Source: Hyperthermus butylicus DSM 5456
Lineage (GTDB): Archaea; Thermoproteota; Thermoprotei_A; Sulfolobales; Pyrodictiaceae
Assembly (NCBI RefSeq): GCF_000015145.1
Contig: NC_008818.1
Coordinates: 240,001 to 272,000, forward strand
Direction: 5' to 3'
Length of the DNA stretch: 32,000 nt
Shown here: in pieces, positions 1 to 8,276 of the stretch
Position numbering within the stretch: the stretch's first letter is position 1
How the letters are laid out: every line of letters begins with the position of its first letter
The notes under the pieces: model-generated
What the model was told of the DNA's origin: nothing
Databases searched by the model: none
What the model saw: the letters and a program-made list of their open reading frames with translations, nothing else
Position numbers and translations under genes: made by a program

Positions 1-501
1 AAAGCTGTCGTAGTAGACTAGCGTGGTACTCGCGGGCAGCGGTACCTCAAGGGCTGCTAGCTTGTTATCAGCATCCACGAGATCTATCTTAGGGCTAGTA
101 CCCTCAATCTTCCTAGCAATACCCTCAGCTACATACTTCACGATATCGCTAGCTATCTTTGCTGCACCACCAGCACCACCACCACTGACAACTATATGCG
201 AACCCTCACCAGTATCAATAATGTCAACGGCGAGTATTAGTGAGTCGGTGCGGCCCTTAGCTACGAGTATCACCGTCTCATCCGTCTCGTATATCTTGAA
301 GTCTAGCCTCGCCCTCCTGCTACCGATTAGCCTCGGCACCCTGATAACCACATAGTTCTCGCCAACCTCCTCAACGTTCTTTGCATTCTTTATGAAGTCC
401 GTTATACGGCCAATGAGCTTCCTTACACTCTCGGGGTCCAGGGGCACAATGAGCTTAATGGCGCCCTCCTCCCGGCTCATCAAAGGCCTTATGACACTCA
501 T
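1..501 (-). CDS. hypothetical protein (N-terminal part; gene continues beyond the left window edge)
   Basis: Absent from the ORF track because no stop lies in the window. Manual reverse-strand translation gives 160 uninterrupted codons from ATG 480-478: MSREEGAIKLIVPLDPESVRKLIGRITDFIKNAKNVEEVGENYVVIRVPRL...VVSGGGAGGAAKIASDIVKYVAEGIARKIEG...LVYYDSF. An in-frame ATG at 501-499 is the most upstream possible start (in-frame TAG at 513-511). Codon usage is host-like. The + strand ORF 23..355 is its low-complexity shadow. No family recognised. Confidence 0.6.
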   Translation of the reverse strand, partial: MSVIRPLMSREEGAIKLIVPLDPESVRKLIGRITDFIKNAKNVEEVGENYVVIRVPRLIGSRRARLDFKIYETDETVILVAKGRTDSLILAVDIIDTGEGSHIVVSGGGAGGAAKIASDIVKYVAEGIARKIEGTSPKIDLVDADNKLAALEVPLPASTTLVYYDSF

Positions 502-728
502 TCCTACCCGCTACCCCGTGCAACTTGTCCCACTTGTTCCCCCTATGAGTGTGTGTATTTCAGTATCGCCCCGGAGATGGGGATCCACTTGAAAATGGAG
601 AGGAGGCAGCTCCACCTGCCCTACCTTATGTAGCCTCCAATTGCTGTTGCTTCGTGGAAATAGTTAATAATACCTCTTAGAACACTGTAATCTAAAGCAT
701 TAATACCTGTTTATAGCGTGAGTTTGTC

Positions 729-1565
729 ATGGTGAATGCTGTGCAGGCTCCGGAGCATAGCTGGTTACCCCACAACGTTACCTCGCTGAGGGAGGGTGCG
801 CTAGCAGCACTCATAATCCGGAAGACGGCAGAGAAGCTTACATCGATAACTAGCGTGGATGTTGCCATTGCTGGTGCTGGCCCTGCAGGGCTTACTGCTG
901 CCTGGCTACTAGCCGAAAAGGGGTTGAGAGTTGTCGTAGTAGAGCACAGCCTTGGCGTAGGCGGCGGCATGAGAGGCGGCTCCATGCTGATGCCGGTAGG
1001 CCTTGTCGAGGATGGACTCCCCGCCGAGCTGCTTCGCCGCGCCGGTGCACGTCTCGATAGGGTGGCGGATGGACTCTATGCTGTAGACCCAACGGAGGCT
1101 GTGGTAAAGCTGGCGGCAAAGGCTATCGATGCTGGCGCAGTCATCCTACCCGGCCTCCACGTCGAGGACCTCATACTCTGGCGGAGCGGCAGTGGCTACC
1201 GTGTCGCTGGGCTCGTGATAAACCTCTCCCCTGTCGTCGAGGCTGGCTGGCACGTAGACCCCATCTACATCGAGGCTCGCGCAACGATAGACGCTACCGG
1301 CCACGACGCTGAGCTTGTCAAGCTCCTCTCCAAGGCGCTAGGCGACTCCAGCATTAGGGTTAGGGGTACACGTGGAATGGATGTCTGGGAGGGAGAAAAG
1401 CTGGTTGTAGAGTATACGGGAGAGGTGTACCCAGGCCTCTACGCCGCCGGAATGGCCGTATCGGAGACCTATCAGCTGCCAAGAATGGGCCCCGTATTCG
1501 GCGGCATGCTAGCCTCTGGTGCCAGGGTGGCGGAGCTGGTAGCGTCTAGGCTCTCCGAGCAGTAG
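729..1565 (+). CDS. thi4: thiamine thiazole synthase, archaeal Thi4 family
   Basis: 278-aa ORF with the dinucleotide-binding motif DVAIAGAGPAGLTAA, plus EHSLGVGGGM, IDATGHDAE, GLYAAGMAV and PRMGPVFGGMLASG blocks typical of Thi4/THI1. The start may be slightly downstream (GTG 741). Confidence 0.85.
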   Translation: MVNAVQAPEHSWLPHNVTSLREGALAALIIRKTAEKLTSITSVDVAIAGAGPAGLTAAWLLAEKGLRVVVVEHSLGVGGGMRGGSMLMPVGLVEDGLPAELLRRAGARLDRVADGLYAVDPTEAVVKLAAKAIDAGAVILPGLHVEDLILWRSGSGYRVAGLVINLSPVVEAGWHVDPIYIEARATIDATGHDAELVKLLSKALGDSSIRVRGTRGMDVWEGEKLVVEYTGEVYPGLYAAGMAVSETYQLPRMGPVFGGMLASGARVAELVASRLSEQ

Positions 1566-2373
1566 ATCTCACAACAGCCAACTCTTTCTCTACCTCCTCC
1601 CTCCTCTTAGCTTCAGCCCTCACAGCTTCCAAGTGCTCCCTATCACCCTCTGGGCCCCGTAGCCTTCTAGCGAGCCCTGCAAGAGTCCCCTCCGGTCCAT
1701 AGCAGACCAGAGTGTCGCCCTCAAGGATCACAGTATCGCCACGTGGAGCACCGATGTAGACTTCTCTCCCGTTCACACGCCGGTAAATACCGAGTACAAG
1801 CACTCCCTCGTCGGCAAGCTTTAGCTCGCGGAGGCTGCGGCCAGCAAGCCAGCTACCAGGCTGCACCTTTAGCATTGCAATTGAGTAGCCCTTGCTGAGC
1901 CCTAGTAGCTGCTCGTAGTCGTAGAGGCGTAGGTTAGTAAACCTCTCAAGCATCCTCGCTATAACCCTGCTCATCCACCGGTCGATAACCCTGGACCTGC
2001 TGAAAAGGTAGAGCCCAGCAATGCCAATTGCAAGCCAACCAGCCCTCTCAGCGGCCTCTCCAGCGCTCTGCCCGACGAACGTCAGCACCAGCGAAGCCAT
2101 GGCTGTGGTTATGCCTGCACTACCGAGCGTCATCAGCACGCGGATTATACGCCGGCGAACCGGGTGCGAAACCACATACTCGGACTCGGAAGTTGTGAAC
2201 CCGACACCGGTAAACGCAGACTGGGCCTGGAAGACAGCCACGTCCCTGGAAAGACCAGTCATCATCAACGCCACTGTGCCGATACGGACTATGATTATCG
2301 AGAAGAGTATCGTGAGTAAGACCATTACTAGAGGCATCAAACCCCACGTACCACCCCAAAAGGGCAGCTGCAC
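1546..2373 (-). CDS. membrane protein with C-terminal TrkA-C (RCK_C) ligand-binding domain
   Basis: 275 aa. The N-terminal half is hydrophobic with the block FQAQSAFTGVGFTTSESE. The C-terminal block LKVQPGSWLAGRSLRELKLADEGVLVLGIYRR...GDTVILEGDTLVCYG matches the TrkA-C pattern. The 3' end overlaps thi4 by 20 nt (convergent). Confidence 0.7.
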   Translation of the reverse strand: MQLPFWGGTWGLMPLVMVLLTILFSIIIVRIGTVALMMTGLSRDVAVFQAQSAFTGVGFTTSESEYVVSHPVRRRIIRVLMTLGSAGITTAMASLVLTFVGQSAGEAAERAGWLAIGIAGLYLFSRSRVIDRWMSRVIARMLERFTNLRLYDYEQLLGLSKGYSIAMLKVQPGSWLAGRSLRELKLADEGVLVLGIYRRVNGREVYIGAPRGDTVILEGDTLVCYGPEGTLAGLARRLRGPEGDREHLEAVRAEAKRREEVEKELAVVRSTARRA

Positions 2374-2403
2374 AGCTCAACAGTTTTCCACGACTACAGG
2401 CAG

Positions 2404-2410
2404 CTAATAA
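2404..2410 (-). promoter_or_regulatory. TATA-like box (TTATTAG on the minus strand) upstream of the TrkA-C membrane protein gene
   Basis: Centred about 34 nt upstream of ATG 2373-2371. Confidence 0.3.
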
Positions 2411-2522
2411 CGGTTAGTCCAACCATGACTCTAGCCAAGTTGGCCGACGCGCCATCCCCATGCTGGGGTACGTGTAGTGTAGAGCCGGAAGGCTGTACCC
2501 GTCCCCGCGGAGGGGTGTAAGG

Positions 2523-2527
2523 AAAAA
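2523..2527 (-). terminator. oligo-T tract (T5 on the minus strand) downstream of the surface-protein gene
   Basis: GGTTTTTCC on the minus strand, about 46 nt after the stop at 2575-2573. Archaeal RNAP terminates at oligo-T runs. Confidence 0.3.
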
Positions 2528-2572
2528 CCAGTGGATGCAATAACGGACATGATCTAGCGTGGAATACCTCCC

Positions 2573-4096
2573 TTAGCTGCCCCTCTTTACGAGGACTACG
2601 GCCACTATAGCTACGAGTATGGCGGCTATAGCTGCTGCTACGTGGTACACCGTCTTGTTGGCTTCACCAATCTCCTCAGCCGGCTTTGTAGGCTGCTCCT
2701 GCTCGGGAGCTGGGCTCGGCGCCGTCTCCTCGGGCTGCTGTGGCGGTGGCGTCTCCTCCCCTGAGACCTTCACGGTGACTAGCGGGAGCTGCTCTAATGC
2801 TACATTCTCCTCAGAGACTTCTACACCCTCAGCGGGTTCCAGCTCAACCATCTGCGGTATAAACTGTTCAAGCCCAGGCATCATCCCGGCGAGGAATAGT
2901 ATTAATTTCCGATAGTTAGCAAACATTGTCGATAGGATTGTTAGAGCCTTCTCAGCGTCCCTAGCTGGGTCTCCGCTGGGCTTTGCTACTGCTACCCTAT
3001 GCCCAGTGTAGTCGACGCTTATGAGGATCCTATCGCTGTCAATGCTGATCTTTACTTCGGCGCTTGCATCGCTTGGCGGCTTCTCAACGAGCATCGCTTC
3101 GGGGCCAGGGGCGCTTAGGGCTGTTCGCATCATGGTTAATACTTGTAGCTCTGGCGGCATACCCATGCCAGCTGGCGGCTGCATTGTTGAGAGCTGCGAC
3201 AAGGCCCTATACATCAATATTTGCATCTCCTTGGAAAACATGATGTACTTCTCTACTTCGCCGACAAGTCTCTGCTCATAATCCAGGTTTAGGTTTAGCG
3301 TATTCTCCTCGGTTCGCAGCTCCAGCTTGAAGGTGAAGGTGCCGGAAACGTCTATATCCTCTCCCGCTAGCTGCTTTAGCCTCTCAGCCTCCTCGCTACT
3401 CAGACCCTTGGATAGTTCCTCCAGGGTCTTCTCAACATCTATAACTGCCTGGATCTCTATCCTCGCAGTGTCACCCTCTATGCTATGTACCAGCCTGGCT
3501 ATCTTGATGTACGTTACTCCCTGGCTCTGTAACGCCGCGTTAATCTCCTCCGGCGACGGTATGTCGGTCCCTGCAAAGTCCTCTGCCGGTGTTAGGTAGA
3601 CCACAGCATCCACTGTTGCGGTCTTCTTGTCCTCGGATACTCTTACGTCAAGCTTCTCTATCCTTATATCGCCCTCACCGGAGGTGCTAACACCCTTCAT
3701 GTAGCCTGTGAGGCTGAGATGGGTGCTACTGGTTTCCCCAGAGAACTCTACCGCTATCAGTGCTGGCTCGGCCCCAGCCTCCCTGCTGGTCAGGGTTCCG
3801 GATAACGTCAGCTTGGACTCGTAGTTGTCCCACGTAATGCTGCTAGCATAGTGTCCCACTAGCTCTCCGGTGAGCCCAGTATCCTCGGGCATCATGATAC
3901 TAGCTTTCAGCCTATAGACCGGCTGTACAGCACCATCACTGTACACTATTATCTTGAGGCTCGACTCTTCAACGTTAAACGTCATGGTCTCATGTGGCTG
4001 CATCGCCGCAGCTGTTGCCGAGGCCGCGAGTAGCAGTAGGGGTACAAGCACGTAGAATAGCCTGGACACGGTGCATAGACGCATATCAGGATACAC
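2573..4096 (-). CDS. secreted, C-terminally membrane-anchored surface protein (hypothetical)
   Basis: 507 aa. N-terminal signal-like segment LFYVLVPLLLLAASATAAA. A P/E/Q/T-rich linker (ETPPPQQPEETAPSPAPEQEQPTKPAEE) is followed by the single TM helix VAAAIAAILVAIVAVVLV and a KRGS tail. No catalytic motif recognised. Confidence 0.75.
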   Translation of the reverse strand: MYPDMRLCTVSRLFYVLVPLLLLAASATAAAMQPHETMTFNVEESSLKIIVYSDGAVQPVYRLKASIMMPEDTGLTGELVGHYASSITWDNYESKLTLSGTLTSREAGAEPALIAVEFSGETSSTHLSLTGYMKGVSTSGEGDIRIEKLDVRVSEDKKTATVDAVVYLTPAEDFAGTDIPSPEEINAALQSQGVTYIKIARLVHSIEGDTARIEIQAVIDVEKTLEELSKGLSSEEAERLKQLAGEDIDVSGTFTFKLELRTEENTLNLNLDYEQRLVGEVEKYIMFSKEMQILMYRALSQLSTMQPPAGMGMPPELQVLTMMRTALSAPGPEAMLVEKPPSDASAEVKISIDSDRILISVDYTGHRVAVAKPSGDPARDAEKALTILSTMFANYRKLILFLAGMMPGLEQFIPQMVELEPAEGVEVSEENVALEQLPLVTVKVSGEETPPPQQPEETAPSPAPEQEQPTKPAEEIGEANKTVYHVAAAIAAILVAIVAVVLVKRGS

Positions 4097-4298
4097 CTTT
4101 GCGTATCTACTCCGGGTGTTGCACAGTTATCCCACGATTATAACTCTACCCATGTCGCTCCACTGTATTAGCTCCTGCAGCAATCCCCTCCCGTCATGCT
4201 GAGGCCTTGGCATGGCTTCACGCCGGTATATTAGCTGGTAGGGGTGTAGAGTCGTGTGATCCGACGGGCTAGGGGTCCACCCAGCGTGGCCTACCGAT

Positions 4299-5336
4299 GT
4301 GCCCCTAGAGGTGCTCGTTGCTGGTCGGAGGCTGGAGGCTTTGGTTAGGGTTAGGAACGTGATATGGGTGTTTACTGCTGCCTGCAACCTGGATTGCATC
4401 CACTGCTATGTTGCACGGTGGAGGGGTCTCCGCGAGCTAAGCCTTGAGGAGAAGCTCCGCCTCGTGAGGGAGATTGCTGAGCTTGGTGTCGAGCATGTGG
4501 GGCTTACGGGTGGGGAACCACTGATACACCCACACTTCCCCCGGCTTGCCAGAGAGATCGTAGACCACGGTATGACATACCACGTGGTAACAAACGCTAC
4601 GATGGTTCGCAGGGAGGCCGCCGAAATGCTTGCTAGGCATGAGGCACATGCAATAGTGAGCGTTGACGGCCCGCCAGAGATCCACGACAGGATGAGGGGT
4701 CCCGGAGCGTTCCGAATGCTCGAGAAGGGCGTAGCCACCCTGCGGGAGGCTGGCGTCGAGTACAGCAGCGTTATGGCCGTAAGCAGGCTAAACTATCGCC
4801 ATGCTGCTGAGGCCGTGGAGGCAGCCTACCGGCTCGGAGCTGTAGAGGCCGCATTGATACCCGTAATGCCCGTGGGGAGGGCGAGGGAGGCAAGAGTCTA
4901 TGTAGGAATTGAAGAATATCGTGTAGCCGTGAAAGCAGCAGCCGCAAGGGCCGAGGAGCTCGGGCTACCCCTCTCGCTCTGGTGCACCCCATTCGCTCCA
5001 CTCCTCACCAGGAGGAGGGTCTACTACTGGAGCTGCAGGCTAAGCCCAACAATAGACATCGATCCCGCCGGGAGGCTGCTGCTCTGCGACGTCCTAGACA
5101 TAGTGGTCGCCGACGCCTCCAGGCAGGGGCTGAGAAAAGCTGTCGAGGAGTACGAGCGACACCCACTAGTCAAGCTCGTGGAGAACCCACCGAGGCTGCC
5201 AGAGCCCTGCCAGAGATGCATGCTAAGGGGGAGCTGCCGGGGTGGATGCTACGCCCGAGCCCTACTCCTACGAGGCGACCTAAACGCCGGAGACCCCCTA
5301 TGCCCCCTCATTGTTGCATGGACACCGAAAGCCTAG
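4299..5336 (+). CDS. radical SAM protein with C-terminal SPASM-type auxiliary cluster domain
   Basis: CNLDCIHCY (CX3CX2C) near the N-terminus and GLTGGEPL. C-terminal Cys-rich region WSCRLSPTIDIDPAGRLLLCD ... CQRCMLRGSCRGGCYARA ... DPLCP, typical of SPASM/twitch maturases (AhbD/PqqE/anSME-like). GTG start at 4299. Confidence 0.8.
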   Translation: MPLEVLVAGRRLEALVRVRNVIWVFTAACNLDCIHCYVARWRGLRELSLEEKLRLVREIAELGVEHVGLTGGEPLIHPHFPRLAREIVDHGMTYHVVTNATMVRREAAEMLARHEAHAIVSVDGPPEIHDRMRGPGAFRMLEKGVATLREAGVEYSSVMAVSRLNYRHAAEAVEAAYRLGAVEAALIPVMPVGRAREARVYVGIEEYRVAVKAAAARAEELGLPLSLWCTPFAPLLTRRRVYYWSCRLSPTIDIDPAGRLLLCDVLDIVVADASRQGLRKAVEEYERHPLVKLVENPPRLPEPCQRCMLRGSCRGGCYARALLLRGDLNAGDPLCPLIVAWTPKA

Positions 5337-5561
5337 GGTCACCGCTTGTGAACCCATGCACCCATCCCGCTTGGCCCTAATGAGTTCTGAGCAAAGACAT
5401 GCCTCCATAGCCATGGGGTAGCCGCGTGGAGAACCATGGAAGGGTGTGTTCCGGCGCGCAGCCGGGGCTCATCCAGGCTGGCCGCCGGGACTCGGCGGTG
5501 TCGACCCGGCGAGGAGGCCGTGTATGGTTGGGCGTGGCTCTGGGCTATAAGACTGCGCGCC

Positions 5562-6158
5562 CTATAGCTTGCCGAGCCTAGCCTCTACCTTGCCGTCTGA
5601 GACCTCTATGACTGCATAGTAGCCCTGGACTAGCGGGCCGGGGTTTACTGCTAGGGTCGCTCCTAGCCTGGCCTGGCCCCGGGCTTCGTGTATGTGGCCG
5701 AATAGGTGTAGAAGCGGTTGTAGCCCCTCCACGAGCCTGCGTATAACTAGGAGGCCGCCGTGCCCGCCCCAGGCTGACTCGTCCAGCACACCGTATGGCG
5801 GGTGGTGCGACACCAACACGTCCAAGAGCTTCTCGTCCACCTCCACGCGGAGCTTCTCGGCGTCCCCGTAGGGCTCAATGCCGCCTATACCAGCAAATAC
5901 AAGGCCCCCTATGCTCCGCGTCCTGCCGTCGAGCAGGTAGCCCCTGGACGCTAGCTCCTCCCTAACCCATCCAGAGTCCATGTTACCGGTGACAACTACA
6001 ACATCACCGCCAGCCTCCCCTAGGATATCCACCAGCGACGGGCACTCGAGATCGCCACTGACAACTACAACGTCGTAGGCTAGCTCACGCAGAGCCCTAC
6101 GGAGCATAGCCTCCGAGCAATGCACGTCGGAGACGTGGAGTATCTTCAGCCTCGCCAC
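5562..6158 (-). CDS. metallophosphoesterase (calcineurin-like, YfcE/MJ0936-type)
   Basis: Motifs ILHVSDVH, SGDLE, TGNMD, SHHPP and GHIHE. I place the start at GTG 6158-6156 (VARLKILHVSDVH). The 84 upstream codons of the maximal ORF (to 6410) are P/K/R-rich, non-protein-like, and overlap the divergent ORF at 6342. Confidence 0.75.
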   Translation of the reverse strand: MARLKILHVSDVHCSEAMLRRALRELAYDVVVVSGDLECPSLVDILGEAGGDVVVVTGNMDSGWVREELASRGYLLDGRTRSIGGLVFAGIGGIEPYGDAEKLRVEVDEKLLDVLVSHHPPYGVLDESAWGGHGGLLVIRRLVEGLQPLLHLFGHIHEARGQARLGATLAVNPGPLVQGYYAVIEVSDGKVEARLGKL

Positions 6159-6341
6159 CCCAATTCCCACGTTAGTGTGACTCCCAGCCCGGGCCCTATA
6201 GGCTGTTAAACCTGGCAGCTGGTTCTGCACCAACGACTGGCATTCCTTCCCGTTTAGGCTCTGGAGTCTACTTCGGCAGATGTTAGTTTCCGCTGGGAGC
6301 GCCCTCGGAGCGGCTACTGCACTAGGTGGATAAGGGGGAGG

Positions 6342-6728
6342 ATGGAATTTAGGTATCAGCTGGGCGGTCCCGGTATGAGGCTTAGGCCGTGGCTTAGGCT
6401 GGCCCTCCACGCCTTTCTGGTGGGGCTTGTAGCTGGCGCTCTTGCCAGGCTTCTCTTCTGGTCTCGCATCGAGGCCTCCGCCTCCAGCGGGGGCTACGGG
6501 CTATCCCACTACCTTGCAGGGTTTGTTGTGCCCCTACTGAAGCTCCTCTCTCCAGTATATGGGGTGGCGTTCCCCAGCTTCTTTACGGGCTATGAGCTCG
6601 GCGAGTGGCTGCTCGGCGACAACCCATTCAGCGAGTTGCAGAGCTTCGCCATAGGCCTTGCCGGGGGCCTCATATTGATCTGGCTTGTTCAGCTCCTGGC
6701 GAGGTGGCGTAGGAGGGCTACCAGCTAA
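6342..6728 (+). CDS. small hypothetical membrane protein (about 3 TM helices)
   Basis: 128-aa ORF with host-like codon usage and hydrophobic segments LALHAFLVGLVAGALARLLFW, LAGFVVPLLKLL and FAIGLAGGLILIWLVQLL. Alternative start at ATG 6375 (MRLRPWL). Ends 45 nt upstream of the ABC ATPase gene. Confidence 0.5.
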   Translation: MEFRYQLGGPGMRLRPWLRLALHAFLVGLVAGALARLLFWSRIEASASSGGYGLSHYLAGFVVPLLKLLSPVYGVAFPSFFTGYELGEWLLGDNPFSELQSFAIGLAGGLILIWLVQLLARWRRRATS

Positions 6729-6773
6729 ATGAGGCCCACACCCCGCCCAGGAGCTTCTGGGGCTTGAGCTGGA

Positions 6774-7721
6774 TTGCCCGTGGTACTCGAGGTTCGCGGC
6801 CTGATTAAGCGGTATGGCCGCTTTGTCGCGGTTTCTGGTGTGGGCTTCTCGGTTGCCCGTGGCGTTCACGGGCTTGTGGGGCCTAACGGTGCCGGGAAGA
6901 CCACAACTATGAAGTGTATTGTCGGCCTGGCAGTTCCCGATGCCGGGGACATAGTCTTCCTTGGCGAGAGCCTCCTAGCCCGGGGAGCTCACCGGCTGCG
7001 TAAGCTGATGGGCTACGTGGCCGAGATGCCGGTGCTTCCGGAGAACTATACTGCTGAGGAGTTGCTCGTGGAGCTAGCCATGTTGGAGGGCTTGTCTAGG
7101 AGTGACGCGTTGAGGGAGGCCCGTAGGGCGCTGGAGGAGGTTGGCCTCTGGGAGGCTAGGAGGCTCCGAGTCAAGGCGATGAGTAAGGGTATGAGGAAGA
7201 GGCTCTACGTTGCCCAGGCCATCCTGCAGCCGAGAGAGCTCTACGTGCTAGACGAGCCGTTCACCGGCCTCGACCCGGAGGGTGTCGCAGAGCTCCGCCA
7301 GCTAGCAACAAGGCTCGGCAGGGATGCAGGCGTGCTCCTTAGCAGCCACCTGCTGAGAGAGATGGAGGATCTAGCCACGGAGGTCACGGTGATCTACCGG
7401 GGCAGCGTAGTCTACACAGGCTCCCTCGACCAGCTACGCTCCAGGATAGGTGGCGGGGTGGTACTCGAAGTGGAGGTTGATGATGTCGCCCGGGCTGCCA
7501 AGCTGCTAGCCTCGAAGGGGTATAAGACAAGCACCTACGCGGGCCGTGTCAAGCTGAGGCTAGGTTCCCGCGAGGAGGCAGCAGAAGCCATAGCAGCACT
7601 TGTTGAGGGTGGTGTAAAGGTGTACTCGGCTGTGAGGAGGACACTGAGCCTAGAGGAGGCCTACATAGCGCTCATCGTGGGCAAATCGTCTCAAGTGCTG
7701 TCCTCGCCGCGCGCGGCGTAA
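6774..7721 (+). CDS. ABC transporter ATP-binding protein (ABC-2/DrrA-like, with C-terminal extension)
   Basis: Walker A GPNGAGKTT, signature MSKGMRKRL, Walker B LYVLDEPFTGLD, H-loop SSHLL. TTG start at 6774. Confidence 0.9.
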   Translation: MPVVLEVRGLIKRYGRFVAVSGVGFSVARGVHGLVGPNGAGKTTTMKCIVGLAVPDAGDIVFLGESLLARGAHRLRKLMGYVAEMPVLPENYTAEELLVELAMLEGLSRSDALREARRALEEVGLWEARRLRVKAMSKGMRKRLYVAQAILQPRELYVLDEPFTGLDPEGVAELRQLATRLGRDAGVLLSSHLLREMEDLATEVTVIYRGSVVYTGSLDQLRSRIGGGVVLEVEVDDVARAAKLLASKGYKTSTYAGRVKLRLGSREEAAEAIAALVEGGVKVYSAVRRTLSLEEAYIALIVGKSSQVLSSPRAA

Positions 7722-8163
7722 CAAGCTCCAGGAGCCTAGCCATACCCCTCTCCAGCTCCTCGGCCTCGACAATGGCTGCACCGCCAGCAGGTATTACGAC
7801 ATCCCCACCACCGATAAGGGCTGAGACTACACGCCACATACTCGGCGCATGGCCCACCAGCACCGAGTCAGGCTCAGGCCCCAGTTCTTGCAGGGCTTCG
7901 ACGCTAAACCTGCCGGGCTCCAGCTGCTCGGCAACAGTAACCTTGGCACCGTAGAGCCTTGCAACTATCTCCGCGGTCTCACGAGCTCTGCGGAGAGGAC
8001 TCGAGTAGACTACGCGGGGGCGCACGGGGAGAAGCATCGCGACAAGCTCCACATCCTCTCGACCTCTCTCGGTGAGCCAACGCTCCTCATCGCTACCAGC
8101 AACATCCACTCCCACAGCCTCTCCATGCCTCATAAATATATACACAGCCAAGACTCTAGCCAC
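7672..8163 (-). CDS. histidine phosphatase family protein (SixA-like)
   Basis: 163 aa with FMRHGEA (RHG catalytic motif), SSPLRRARETA and LVGHAPSM. The 3' end overlaps the ABC ATPase gene by 50 nt (convergent). Confidence 0.8.
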   Translation of the reverse strand: MARVLAVYIFMRHGEAVGVDVAGSDEERWLTERGREDVELVAMLLPVRPRVVYSSPLRRARETAEIVARLYGAKVTVAEQLEPGRFSVEALQELGPEPDSVLVGHAPSMWRVVSALIGGGDVVIPAGGAAIVEAEELERGMARLLELVTPRAARTALETICPR

Positions 8164-8276
8164 CCCAGAGTACGCAACGCTATGTAGAGGGGTTTTACAG
8201 GCTAGGCTCTGGGGCTAAGTACGTCCACAACACTCCCTGGGTATGTGGCGCACAGGAGCGTGGAGGGGCTCCCCCT

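Noticed and set aside
481-728. Possible TPP riboswitch upstream of thi4.
   Set aside because: No CUGAGA or ACCUGAUCUGGAUAAUGCCAGCG-like core is visible on the thi4 strand. The spacer is a divergent promoter region with A/T-rich boxes close to the ATG, leaving no room for a leader.
5440-5530. tRNA or SRP RNA in the GC-rich convergent spacer, for example CCGCC-GGGACUC-GGCGG as an anticodon arm.
   Set aside because: The 7-nt loop lacks U33 and purine 37. There is no T-loop and no matching acceptor stem. The SRP helix-8 motif (GGAAGGGAGCA-like) is absent.
6159-6410. An 84-codon N-terminal extension of the metallophosphoesterase ORF (MEGQPKPRPKPHTG...).
   Set aside because: It is P/K/R-rich and non-globular. 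It would overlap the divergent membrane-protein ORF, and the conserved DxH motif begins right after GTG 6158. I treat it as non-coding promoter region.
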